Assembly: GCA_019828565.1 (NCBI GenBank)
Contig: JAHDYR010000006.1
Span: 1-64,000, forward strand
Length of the DNA: 64,000 bases
Direction: 5' to 3'
From: Carpediemonas membranifera BICM
Lineage: Eukaryota; Protista; Fornicata
Shown here: positions 1 through 11,711 of the stretch, piece by piece
Layout: every line of letters starts with the position of its first letter
How positions within the stretch are numbered: position 1 is the first letter of the stretch
Notes under the pieces: model-generated
Told to the model about the DNA's origin: nothing
Seen by the model: the letters and a program-made list of their open reading frames with translations, nothing else
The model's database searches: none
Translations under genes and position numbers: made by a program

Positions 1-15
1 TATGAAGAAAGAGAT

Positions 16-3000
16 TTAGTATATATACAACGGACATATGAAAATTTGTTCCTCTACCCAGTCTCTGATGAGTCTCTGTTCTCTGATCTGGTCCGGTTTC
101 TCCTGGAGGATCTTCCACAGTAGGTCAATCTCAGTCTCTCTTGAGCACAGAGGGCACCTTCTCTGGACCTCCTCCTTCAGTTCGTCATCCATCGCGATGT
201 TGGCTACTGCTCTGCTCGGTCCCTCTCCTTTCTCTGCTGAGGATGGGGCTGGGCTGACATTTGCTATCACTGATACGATCCTCTTCCACTCTGCTCTGGT
301 TTGCCCCTTCTGCGGTTTCCTGTTGATCATTGGTTTTCCCAGGAAGCACTTTCCTACTCTCCGGTCTCCTGCAATCGCTATCAACCCCTTGGCTGACTTA
401 CTTTTGCACCTCTTCATCCAGTTTCTGGTGATCTCCTCTTTACCGTACTCGAGTAGCGCTATCTTGGTCGCCCCTCTTCTGGTGTCGCTGAGGATTCTCT
501 GCGCTCTGTCTCTTGCAATCCACATGATGGTACCTCGTCTCCACTCTCTGTCTCTCACTGGTATGCTCTGGTCTCTGCTGTTCACTGTCCTTTTCACTGC
601 AAGCATCTCCATGTGGGCTTGGAGGTCGACCCAACCGTTCATCAGCCTCATGGCGGCGCCCCCTCCGGGTCCAGTGCCTGCCATGATACCTTGCCAGTCA
701 TTCCAGATCTTCCTGGCCCCTGTCTCGTTTCCCCACACTTCAATTCCAAAAGTGATCCTCGGCCAAATGTAGATTTCTAGGAGGAGTCTGCTGGCTGTCG
801 CTGGCATGTCTGCTCTAGTCCACCCCGCCCATCTCACTAGGTTCTGGTACCTCTTGCTCTGTTCTTTCTTCTTCCCGATACATGCTCTGAGGGGGTCACT
901 GCCACTGGCTAACCATAGTCCAAGGTACCTCGCCTCTTCCGCTGGTAGTAGCGTGACGCCGCCTATTCTGACCGTGGCTGCTCTGTCGACACTGATCATG
1001 ACGTTCTTCTGCTCGTTGACGCCCATTTCGTGTTCTCTGATGATCGCTATGACCAGGTTTGCTATGATCTGGCTCTGTACCGGTGTGTCTCCCGTGACTG
1101 CAGTGTCATCCACAAACATGGTTAGCACTGCCGGGAGTGGGTCTCTGGTACTTGTTGTTTCCACTGGTGGTTCTCTGATATCATAGGGCTCGCTCATGTG
1201 CTTTTTCCTGACCAGGTGGGGCCAGTTTGCCATGAAGAGAACAAACAGGGTCGGGGCTAGTACGCACCCTTGCTTCACCCCCTGTTTGTCCTTTCCCATG
1301 ACTTAGCCCCTTTCACTGATATCCATGTCTCTTGTAGTGTGCTCTGGATTGCTCTGATAAGGTGGGCCTCCACTCCCATTCCCTGGAGTTTGTCCATCAG
1401 GGTGTCTCTTGGCACTGTGTCGTATGCCTTCTCTATGTCTAGGAACACTGAGGTCGTCTCCCCCCTTCCTGGTGCCTCTGCACTATATACTGGATCTGCT
1501 GCACTACGTCCCTTTCAGGTTGGAATCCTGCCTGTTCTCTGGGTATGAACCTTTTGGTGGCCTTCTCCAGTCTCTTCTTTAACAGCCGACCGTATACTCT
1601 GTACAGCAACGGGGTGAGCGAGATGGGTCTATACGACTCTGGCTTAACTCTGAGTTTTCCGGTCTTGTGGATAGCTGACACTGTTGCGTATTTCCACGTC
1701 TCTGGGATCTTCCCTTCTCTATATACCCTGTTCATAAATCTGGTAAGCTCCTTGAGTCCTCGCTCATTGAGTTCTCTTAGCATGGTCCCTGTTGTGTTCT
1801 CTGGGCCCGGGGCTGTGTCTCTCTTAATCTTACTGATGGCTGCTCTCACTTCCTCCTTGGAGAATTCGTCCCTCCTATGCCAGGCCACTCCTTCCACTCT
1901 GGTTCTCTGCCTCTACTTACCTTCGCGTACTGCTTAAGCAGGATTTCACTGATCGTGGCCTTGTCCGTGGTGATCATTCCGTCCTTGAGCAGGCTGCCAG
2001 GCATCCCTTTGTACTGGTTGTCGCACCACCATCTTCTGACTGCAGCCTCTACCATTGATCTCGATGCTTTGTATCCCTCTCTTGTGCTCTTGCTGAGGTC
2101 GGCTATCCACTCTTCTCTGCGTTTGTCCCAGCACTTCTTCAGTTCGCTGTTCATTAGTCTCGTCCTCACCTTGTTGCCTGCTTCTGACCATTCTGTTTCA
2201 TGGAGGTCGGCCCATGCGCTGTCTTGTACTATCTGCTCTCGTGGTTTGGCTCTCTTCTCCCCGGCTGGTTCCCCCAGGCAGGCTCTGATTGTCTCCTCCC
2301 ACTGATCTATCGATCCGTTTCTGTCTAGCTCCTTGATTGTTGTGTGGCCCTCCCTCTCTTTCATATTCCATGTGTGCACTCCTGGCATTTCCAGGCCACT
2401 GTCATCGTCTCTGTTGGCTCTGTATCGGGGTTCTTCCCAGGCAAGCTTGACCCCTTTGTGGGCCGACCCCCATACTCCCAGCACTGTCGAGCTGACCACT
2501 TGAATCTCTGCTTTCCTGATTCCCTCTGAGACCATTGCGAAGTCCGGTGTGGTGTTGCCACTGGATAATGTGCCCCTCTCTGGTATGATTGCTCTGAGTT
2601 TGTGTTTGTCCATAACATCCTTCCACCTGGTGGTTCCGTGTGCCGGCCCTGGGGCCATGTTCCAGTCCCCAATGATGATTGCTTCCATGTCCCCTTTCAT
2701 GTCCAGTATCTCTTGGATGTTGTCTCTGAACTGATCTTTCACTGTCTTCCCTTTATCTGAAGTGGGTGCATACACTGTGATTACCATGATGTCTCTGCTC
2801 GTCCTCATAATACTCGCCTGCACTCTTCCTGACAGGCTGTCAGTGATGCCGACATCCCATGTTGCTCTGGCATGCGGGCTTACGATTGTGCCGATGCCTT
2901 CTCTGGTCCCGTGCCACTTGGGTGTAGGGGGTCGTCACCTGTGATTCCCAGTTGTCTGTTCACGCGATGCTGGCACCTGGTCTCTCTTTTCCGCTTTTCG

Positions 3001-3224
3001 TTCGTTGTTGCTAGTGTTTCCTCTGTTTCTCTGCCTGCTAAAGCGTACTGGAAGTCTATGAAGCTGTGGACTCTTGTGTTTGCTGTTCTCCATGTCTCTT
3101 GTATACAAACCGCTTCAATGTCTCTGAGTTTGGTTTGAATTGCTGTTGCTATTGATGCCGTGAAGTCCTTTCCTCGTCCTATGTGCCCCTGAGTGTTCAG
3201 GCTTAAGATCTTGAACGTTTCCAT
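16..3224 (-). pseudogene. LINE ORF2: apurinic endonuclease + reverse transcriptase + partial C-terminal CxxC; split by at least 4 frameshifts, several in homopolymer runs
   Basis: APE motifs LSLNTQG, CIQETW, VYAPT, IIGDWN, S(A)H. RT motifs APGP, YRPISL, EQAGF, FLDIEKAYD, GVKQGCVLAP, FVDD, YLG. Pieces: 3224-2880, 2823-1846, 1897-1439, ~1455-1280, 1299-16. Confidence 0.93.
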
Positions 3225-3557
3225 GTTGTACTATGCTCTGATCCTTATCCTGCGAATTCTGAGAATTTCTGCAGGGGCTAAGGGTTCACTGTGTCACTGT
3301 CCCGTCAAGGGGCCTCGATGCCGGTCTTGGTAACCCTTGGCGGGCCAGCCTCCGTGCTTCTTGGTGACCGATTCGCCCTCGGGCATGGATACTTAGGAGG
3401 GGGCGCAGTGGCGTGACCCCCCCTTTGGCTGCCGCCTGCAACCTACTGGCAGTGCCCGTGGGCTAATGCCAGGCCCTGGGTGGGAGCCAGGGTTATATAA
3501 AGAAAGAAAGTCTGATACACTAGTTTCTGAAAGAATACTGCTTTATCTCTGATCCAC

Positions 3558-6500
3558 TTACTCCTCCGAGACCTCACTTTCACTGGCATCATCATACGGT
3601 TCAGGGTCGCGGGCCTGACCACCTTGCATGTTGGCCATGAAGGACATGAACTGTGTCATCATCTCCATGGGGTCCATCTGTCTGGTGGTCCTGGTTCTCC
3701 TGCTCTTGTTCCTGCGACGGGGCACTACCGCGGCGTCTCTGTTCTTGACCATCTCAATCGGTGGTCTGACAAGGGGGTCGGGTTCAGTGCCTGCCAGGTC
3801 TGCGGGTCTCTGCCGGGCGGCCTTGAGGGCTGAGATTTCTCGCTGTGCCTCTGCCAGTTGAAGTAGGAGCCTCTGTTTCTCGGCGTCCTGCTGGTCCGGT
3901 AGTCTGCTTCTTACCGTCCCAGCGGTGTCGTCACTGTGTCTGCTCCTCTTTCCTGACTCGGATAGGTCGTCTCTGCCTTGGCTGCCTCGCTTGCCGGCTG
4001 CTGAGGAGTGGTTGCCTCTGCGGTTGTCTCTGGCTGTTCCAAGATGTTCTCTAAACCACTCGTTTCTCTCCCGCTGGCGCCTCTCTGCCTCTTCGAAGTC
4101 GGGTCTGATCCGGAGACCGCCCTGTTCTGCTCTGTTGGCCCTGGCTTCCAGACGTTCGAGCTCCGTGTCGCGTTCATAGATTTCAGGACGTCTGATTTCT
4201 CTGTCGATGAGGCGCCCAGCCTCTCTGTCGTCAGGGTGTCTGATGTCTCTTTCGGTGGGTTGGTCAGCTTCTCTGGCGATGGGGCGTCTGACCTCATAGT
4301 CAGCCGGACGTCTGGCCTCTCTGTCGGCCAGGTGTATGGCTTCTCTGTGGGTGGGATGTCCGATCTCTCTGCCAGTAGGGCGCCTGACTTCCTGGTCGAC
4401 CGACCGTCTGGCCTCTCTGTCAACTTGGTGACCCACCTCTCTGTCGTGGTGTCTCTCATCTCTGATGTCCGGGCGCCTGATCTCTTTGTGGTCACGGCGC
4501 TCGTCCTCGCGGCGTCTGTCCACCCGGGTTGCAGGGTCCAGGATGTCTCTGAAGTTCCTGCCTACCACTTGGTGCTCGACTTCGCCGACTGCCGTCTGGA
4601 GGTGAGTGTCTCTGTACGTGACCCTGAAGGGCATCTCGTCCTTGCCGTCCACGTCGGGTTTGTATCCGCTGGGTGGGATGCCCCCATTCTGACTCTGGCC
4701 TCTTCCGGGATCACTGTGGTGACCATGCGTCGGCCTTCCCAGCGCATGCGCTTCAGGATAGACCCCGCGTCTCTGGTTCTGATCAGTCCCCAGTCTCTGG
4801 GGATGAATGCGACTCTGATGGAGGCTCTGGCGTTCGGGGGGCTTTGACATTGGCTATGCGCCCTTCAAACTCTCTGAGTGCCTCTGCTAGCTCTTCGCAT
4901 CCCCAGGTCTCTTGCCGGGCGATGCGCTCTCTGCTGGGCCACCAGTTGACGAGCTGTGACAGTGTGACCATGTTCTCTTCGTTGTGCGCTCCAAGGCCGG
5001 CTCGGCCCTGGACCGCTCTGAGTTGCTCTGGGTTGTCTAGCTCCTCTTCCAGTGTCCAGATAGGGTTCCTAGTGACTCTGTTGTCTCTGTCAGTGAAGGC
5101 GTCAGGGGATAGGAGCAGGCCCTTCATCCCCATCGCTACCTCTGCAAATCCGAAGCCAATGCCGAACCTGTGTTCTCTGTCTGGCACTACAAGGAACCTG
5201 TTGCCCTGGTGCCCGTCTCTGATCTCTCTGAACGCTGGGTGGGGGCCAAACTCCTGGAACGCTGTGTGCCTCGGCTGGAACCCCAGCCCTGCTATGATGT
5301 CACTGCTTTCTCTGGCTGCTCTGACCTCTTCCTCAATGGCTGGCTGCAGCAGTCTGAGGGCGTCCTCTAACTCACCGATGCCGTTGGTGCCTCTGAATAG
5401 TGCTAGAACTCTGATTGCGAACAGTGTGCTGTCCGCCAGTGCGCAGTGATAGCACCCCGCCGTGTGGCTGTGGTAGGGGCATACTCTCTTGGGTGCTTCC
5501 CGTGACTGCCACCGGCTGGTCCACAGGTCTAGCCACTCCATGCTCTGCGCGTTGTTGTAATTGACTCTGAATCTCTGTTCGAGGTCGGGTCTAGCCCTGA
5601 CCAGCAGCGTTGGCAGCTCGTTTTCGTCCACTAGTCTCTGTGCGAAGTAGTCTCTGCTCTCTGCGGCTAAGCCGTTCGCTGCGTCTGTGAGGAGGAACAT
5701 CTCCATGTGCTTTCCCTTGGCGAACAGGTGGACTCTGCAGCCTTCTCTTCTCTCATACGCTTTGAGCTCCGTCGCTAGACGGTCGCCCCACGCCTGGAAG
5801 GTGTGGACGTGCTGCTCTAGGTCTCTGGGGGGTCTTCCTGTCGCTATGTCCACGAAGGTCGCTGGTGGTAGGCCTGTGACAGCCCATGATGTGTGCCTTG
5901 ACTGCTCGACTCTGTTGAGCGGCATGTCCTGGTAGAACATACCGTGGCCGTGGCCGACCACTTCACTGCTATCCACATCTATCATGACAATGCCTCCTTC
6001 GACCGGGATCGCTGGTGTGCCTTGTCTTGAGCTGCCCGTGTAGCTGCACTCAAAGTCAATGGCTGCTAGGACAAGTCTCTGGTTCGGCTGGGTCTCTGAT
6101 AAGGGCAGGCTGCTGGTCTCGTGCTGGCTCCTCCCTTCGCCTGCCATCCTTCTGGCCTCCTGCTGATCTCTGATATGCTCTTGGACGATGTCTTCCAGGC
6201 TAATCCTCGGCGGCACCTCCTTGTCTCTGTTCACACTGTCTATAGGAAGCTGAGTGCGCTTGCCTGATGCCTCGCCCCCAGCACCTGCCGCTTGGGGGTT
6301 CTTGTGGTTCTCTTGTTGGCACTGACTCTGTTTATCCTCTGAGACGCTGGGGTTGCCGGGGCTTGGCTACCACAGATACTGTCCGGCCTCGTCATCTCTA
6401 CGTCGCTGTCGATGTCCGTGCTAGCAGACCTGTCCTCCTGGGAGGCATGTTCGGCTCTCTTGTCACGGCTGATCTCTGCTCCGATGATTTCGGCTCTGAC

Positions 6501-7330
6501 TACTGCAAACTGCGGCTTGCCACTGAGCGGCGTCTCTTCCCCTCGCTTCCGGATACCGCTACGGCCGCTGGTGTCTACTCCTGAGCTATTCCATGCCGCT
6601 TGCCACACCACTGGTGCCTCTGGTGCCTGCAGTCTCAGGATGTCTCTTGCCTCTTCCATGTACCTGGTGATGGGCCATGCCTCCGTGTCTTCCAGGTCCA
6701 GTAGAACTCTGAAGGTGCCATCCTCTTGCTCTATGGCTACTCTGGTGATGGGTCCTCTGTTGGACGGGTCCCACACTTGCTCGCCGCTGAGGCACTCGGG
6801 GGCTTCATCCTCTGCTGTCCCTGTGATGACCGAGTACATGCCAGTCTCTCTGTTTTCGACGCTGTCTCTGACGTTGTCCCACTGAATGGGGTTCTGGCCT
6901 CTGGGTTGCAGGACTGCTTGTTCGATGGACTGCTCCTTGGGCCATCTGGCCATGTCCTTGTGCCCTGGTCTCACTGATGTGGGCTCGTTAGAGCTGGCGA
7001 TGCGCTGAATCTCTGCTTCTCTGGGGTCTAGGGCCTCTGTACCATGATGAAGAGGTCGCGAAGCCCGTGGATGCCGTTCGGATGTCTGAGGATGGTGTCC
7101 CTGTTGTCGGTCACTCCTGAGGCTGTGAGGATCCTTCTGACGTTGGTTAGTACTTCCTTGCGGGCTGTGGAGCTTGCGCCGAAGGACTTTTCGGAAAAGT
7201 CGTCACTTCTGCGCAGTAGTAAGGTCCGGGCGTTTCCTTCCTTGATCAGGTAGCTGTCTAGTAGTTCTCTGATGGTACTCCACTGTTTTTGCGTAGATTC
7301 TCTGGTTTTCTCTGATATTTCTACCTGCAT
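3558..7330 (-). CDS. ORF1-like protein (~1250 aa when 4 apparent single-base deletions are repaired) with Maelstrom/DEDDh nuclease domain, 8-aa repeats and coiled coil
   Basis: ORFs 7330-7028, 6974-6240, 6234-4783, a bridging frame (~4840-4680) and 4850-3558 join by successive -1 shifts, three of them at G5/C5-6 runs. Domain motifs: IDFE, IPVEGG, HTS..VTGLP, CPYH-x6-HCALAD. Confidence 0.7.
4180..4490 (-). repeat. Degenerate 24-nt (8-aa) tandem repeat, ~13 units (E[IVA]RRPxDR-like)
   Basis: EVGHQVDR EARRSVDQ EVRRPTGR EIGHPTHR EAIHLADR EARRPADY EVRRPIAR EADQPTER DIRHPDDR EAGRLIDR in the translated frame. Confidence 0.8.
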
Positions 7331-7654
7331 TCACTGTGCCGTTTTTGTGCGTATGAAAAAAGGTTGGCGAATGCATCGTCCTGAAAATCGGTCAGCGTGG
7401 CCTTGTGCGGCTCCTGTAACTGTGTAGGGGTCTCGGTTTTCTTCTTTTTCTCTGGTTCGGCCGTAAACTGCGTTACGGCGAAATGGCGCACTGTCCAAAA
7501 ATGCACGCTGATTTTCTCGCTGGGTGGTCTCGGGATTCTAGGACTGACTTCACTCCAGGTAGTGCCTACATGAGGGCTATCTTTGGTCTCTGTGCCTCTG
7601 CTTGATCACTCCTCCTTCACCGTGAACATGCCAAAAACCAAAAGTGGTCGCGGC

Positions 7655-7670
7655 TTCTCGGTGTTCTCTG
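7655..7670 (+). repeat. Target-site duplication TTCTCGGTGTTCTCTG, left copy (right copy 10718-10733)
   Basis: An exact 16-bp direct repeat lies immediately on each side of LINE copy 2. Confidence 0.92.
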
Positions 7671-10600
7671 ATGGTGGAAGCAGCGGTAAGAAGATGGTGG
7701 TGTGAAAACCAGTTCAAGGGCATGCCAGAGAGCATACTGAAGGACGGGAAGATTACCACCAACAAGGAAGAAATAGGTAAGATCCTCCTACAACAGTATG
7801 CAGGAGTGAGCAGGGGCAGGGAACCGGAGTGGAAGGATAGAGGCAATGGAAAGAGGGAGGACGAATTTAAGGAGAGAGAAATACGAGAAGCGATCAGAAG
7901 GATAAAGAGGGACACTGCACCGGGACCGGACCACACTACAGGGGACATGCTCAGGGACACAGATGACCAGGGGATCGCTCAGATAACTAGGCTCATGAAC
8001 AGGGTATACAGGGAGGGCAAGATCCCGACAACATGGAAGTATGCTACAGTCTCGGCCATCCACAAGACAGGGAAGCCCAGAGTGAAGCCGGAGTCGTACA
8101 GACCCATCTCGCTAACACCACTACTGTATAGGGTGTATGGTAGGCTCCTGAAGAGAAGATTAGAAGCAGCCACATGGCACCTCATCCCAAGAGAGCAAGC
8201 AGGGTTCCAATCGGATAAGGACGTAATACAACAGATACAATACATCGTGCAGAGACACCAGGAAGGGGGGAGACCACGTCGATCTTCCTAGACATAGAGA
8301 AAGCCTATGACACCGTCCCGAGGGACATCCTCATGGATAAGCTGCAGGGAATGGGGGTCGAAGACCACCTCATCAGGGCAATACAGAGTACACTAGAAGA
8401 GACATGGATCTCGGTGAAGGGGGCAGGGTCATGGGAGAGAACAAACAGGGGAGTGAAGCAAGGATGTGTCCTAGCGCCGACCCTGTTCGTTTTGTTCATG
8501 GCAAACTGGCCTCACCTGGTCAGGAAGAAGCATCAGGGACAAGAGTACGATATCAGGGAACCACCAACGGAGTTACCAAGAGCCCGGGACACGCTGCCGG
8601 CCACCCTAACCATTCGTGGACGATACAGCGGTCACAGGGGAGACACCGGAAAAGAGCAAGATAGTGGCGAACCTAGTCATAGAAGTTATCAAGGAGCACC
8701 TCATGAGGGCAAATGCACAAAAGAGTGAGATGATCAGTGTAGACAGGGCAGCAGTGGCGAGAGTGGGGGGAGTTACCCTAATGGCAAAAGAGGAAGCTAA
8801 GTACCTAGGTCTCTGGATAGCCAGCGGAAAAGACCCACTGGCAGCCTGTATCAGAAAGAAGCGGGAGCAGAGCGAAAGGTACAAGAAGCTAGTGAGAAGA
8901 GTGGGATGGACCAGAGGCAACATGCCGGCGCTAGCCAGCAGGCTCCTCCTCGAAGTTTACATATGGCCGAGGATAATGTTTGGAGTGGAGGTGTGGGGCT
9001 ACGCAGCAGGGGGGAACAAGATATGGACGGATTGGCAGGGCATCATGGCCGGAACAGGCCCAGGTGGGGGCTCGGTCATGCGCATCTTGAACGGATGGAT
9101 GGACCTGCAAGCCCACCTGGAGATGCTAGCAGTCAAGAGGATCGTGACAAGCAGGGGCCAGGATATACCAATCAGAGACAGGGTCTGGAAGGAGGGATCG
9201 ATTATGTGGAAAGCCAGGGACTCAGTGAACGCACTCCTCAGAGGAACAAGAGAGGGAGCAACGAATGCAGGGAAGATAGACTTTGGTAGGGAGATGGTAA
9301 GAATGAACTGGACCAGGAGGTGCAAGAGCAAGACAGCGGTGGGGCTCATGGAAGTCCTAGGACCCAAACGTATGGGAAAGTGCATGGCGGGGAAACCGGC
9401 CATAAGTAGGAAGACAGGGAAGTGGCAGTCAAGGGCAGAGTGGAAAAGGATAGTGTCGGTGGCAGCGAATGTCAGCCCGTCTCCATCATCAGCGGAAAGG
9501 GGAGAAGGCCCAGAGCGAGCGCTGGCGGACCTGGCGATGGGTGAGGAACTCAAACACAAGATACAAAGGAGGTGCCCCCTGTGCACAAAGGAGAGCGAGA
9601 TAGAGTTACTGTGGCAAATAGCGAGAGCAGCCAAACCAAGCCAGGAAGCAGGCACTAATCAGGGGAGTGGGTAAGGGGTCAGCCGCTGGGATCGGCGGCC
9701 CACATTATGTGTGAGTGCCCAGAGGTTGAAAGAGGAGATGACTGGGAAAAGATATGGAAGACAGCTAAGGAGAGGACCAGGGAATTGCAAGTCAGAAGAG
9801 GCCCGAATGGGAGGTGGTATGAGAAGAGGCCAATCTTAGAGGTGCAACAACTAGTGTTAACAGGGTCGGAAGAGATATGGGAAGGACTGCGAGCTGGGCT
9901 GAGAGCCCTGGCAAAGGTCTATGATAGCTATAGAATAGATGGATAGATAAGGAACACCACATCCAGAAAGGGGGCAGGGAAGCATAGACTCTGGGATCAA
10001 GGGGAGACCCCCCATGTTTCCCAGGGAGAGGGCAGGGCCAGGGACAGAGGAAATCCATCAATTGGATGGTTGCACCACTCGCGGTGAACCTAAGGAAACT
10101 GCAGGGACTGAGCATGGGATACGGGGGGACATGACGTCCCCGCCGCCCTTGTGAACGATAGAGGGACGCTGGGAAGTGTAGCACAAGAGAACTATCATAA
10201 GGGGTACTAGGCCTTGCAGATCTAGAGTCTGTGTTAGCCCTAACCCACGCCGCCTAACAGGGGGTAGATGAGAGGGACTTAGTTGCTTTCCCCGCCCACG
10301 GGTAGGCCACTTAACAGGGTCGTGGGGGCACTGAACAGGGAATCTGGAAAGAGGAGAGGGTGCCATGCTTGAACGACCCCGTAGGGACTGCAGGGAATCA
10401 GGGAGTGCTATAAGAAGGTCTTGCAGGACAAACCTGCCTGTGGAAGCACCGAGGACAGACCCCCAGGCTCCCTGGAAGCTGCCGGGTTTACAGGGAGACA
10501 GGAAAGCGCTCAGCGCACGGAGATGGCGAAGGCCTATGGGGGGAAGTGAAATCGGGAGTGAGCGGAAGCAGTAGCACCGAATCGCTCGTTGGACGCAGCT

Positions 10601-10717
10601 GACAAGTTCAATCGCAGGGAGGAGGCAGCGCCCCGGGGAACTCGGCTCCAGTAATAAGGGAGATCAGCCTAAGTAACCGGGGCCCGATACCAGGCACCAT
10701 AAATTTTCTTTCTTTCT
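7671..10717 (+). mobile_element. LINE copy 2, 5'-truncated (RT + CCHC zinc knuckle + ~770-nt 3'UTR + (TTTC)n tail)
   Basis: The protein is clearly homologous to copy 1 (YRPISL, QGCVLAP, FVDD, CPLC...HIMCEC). It ends in ttttctttctttc at 10704-10717 and is flanked by a 16-bp TSD. Confidence 0.93.
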
Positions 10718-11037
10718 TTCTCGGTGTTCTCTGTGGGTTTCCCTGCTTTCTCTGTTAAATCTCTGTTCATTGTACTCTTGTATTGTCTCTGTGTTGGGCG
10801 TGGAGCTCCCACTCGCGCCCGGCGGGGATCCATGAATGCACCTTTGAGTTTGGCGGACAGGAAGCTGAGGCCGCTCCTTCTGAGCTGATGGGGGCGCTGT
10901 ACCAGTTTACTGGGACAGGCCGTTGGCCTTTTGTCCATCCCCGAACATAGTCTTTCGACTTAGCTGAATTCGATGGCGGACTGACTCCTTATCATTTAAT
11001 CAGTTGATGATTACGACACCATTGTGTCGAGATTAAA

Positions 11038-11643
11038 ATGTTTCCCACCGACAACGTCAGGAGCGTTGATGAAGGTGAGATTGTCCGCTTCCAGGAGGAC
11101 GTAGCCGCTCTACAAGCCCTCGCCCGCGTCAAGATTCGCGCGTACGAGGCGCGCAAGGCCAAGGCCACAGCAGACACTCATGCGTGGGAGAGAGAACAAT
11201 ACGTTCTCCTGCGCTACCCGGGCAAGCCCCCGGCTAAGATCTACACCCCCCTGCGCGGACCCTTCCGCATGGAGGGGAAGGGCAAACACCCGAACACCTA
11301 CCGCGTCCGTGACCTCGTCACAAGATGCGTCAGCACGGTCCACGCCGACAGAATGGTCCGATTCGAGACCGATTTATCCGACACCGAGCTCGAGCGGATC
11401 GCCGCTTTCGAGCAAGGCGAACAGCCCGTCAAGGAGATCGTCGGTCACAAGAAGAAGAAGAACGGCTCATTGGAGCTCCTCATCCGTTGGGAAGGCCTCA
11501 CACCCGACGAAGACTCCTATGTACCCTATAACCGGTACTATGACCAGCTAGCGGCTCTCGATGATTACCTCGTCGCTCATCCAGAGCATGAAGCCGCGTT
11601 CGCCGCCGCCAAGAAGAAGTTCCGCAGTTCCGGGCGCCGTTAA
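11038..11643 (+). pseudogene. Ty3/gypsy chromovirus integrase C-terminal remnant (GPY/F module + chromodomain)
   Basis: KIYTPLRGPFRM...NTYRV...VHADRM is a GPY/F module. VKEIVGHK...LLIRWEGLTPDEDSYVP is a chromodomain. The DDE core is absent upstream. A purine tract follows. Confidence 0.85.
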
Positions 11644-11654
11644 TGCGTCCGCAT

Positions 11655-11711
11655 GGGGGGAAGTGTGACCCTAAACTGCGGGAGTTGGTTGCATAAAATT
11701 CATTCGTAACA
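11655..11711 (+). repeat. Polypurine tract (GGGGGGAAG) and candidate 48-bp 3' LTR TGTGAC...GTAACA (11664-11711)
   Basis: The PPT follows the integrase stop closely. The TG...CA ends show a 5/6 inverted match. The DIRS RT frame resumes right after. Confidence 0.55.

Larger units (their letters stand above)
45..10945 (-). mobile_element. Non-LTR retrotransposon (LINE) copy 1: ORF1-like frame plus APE-RT ORF2; 3' end truncated, 5' region interrupted by LINE copy 2 (7671-10717); outer limits approximate
   Basis: The minus strand has a continuous purine/AGA-rich skew from ~45 to 7670 that resumes at 10734-10945 beyond the TSD. It carries APE and RT motifs. Homology to copy 2 stops at about position 45, where AT-rich sequence begins. 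Confidence 0.8.

Noticed and set aside
3330-3480. HDV-like ribozyme upstream of LINE ORF2 (GGCGAAT motif) or after the DIRS YR
   Set aside because: I could not build the P1/P2/P3 nested pseudoknot by eye. It needs a descriptor search.
16-9946. Most LINE frameshifts as biological recoding
   Set aside because: They are copy-specific and mostly single-base losses in G/C homopolymers, typical of unpolished long-read repeats or decay.
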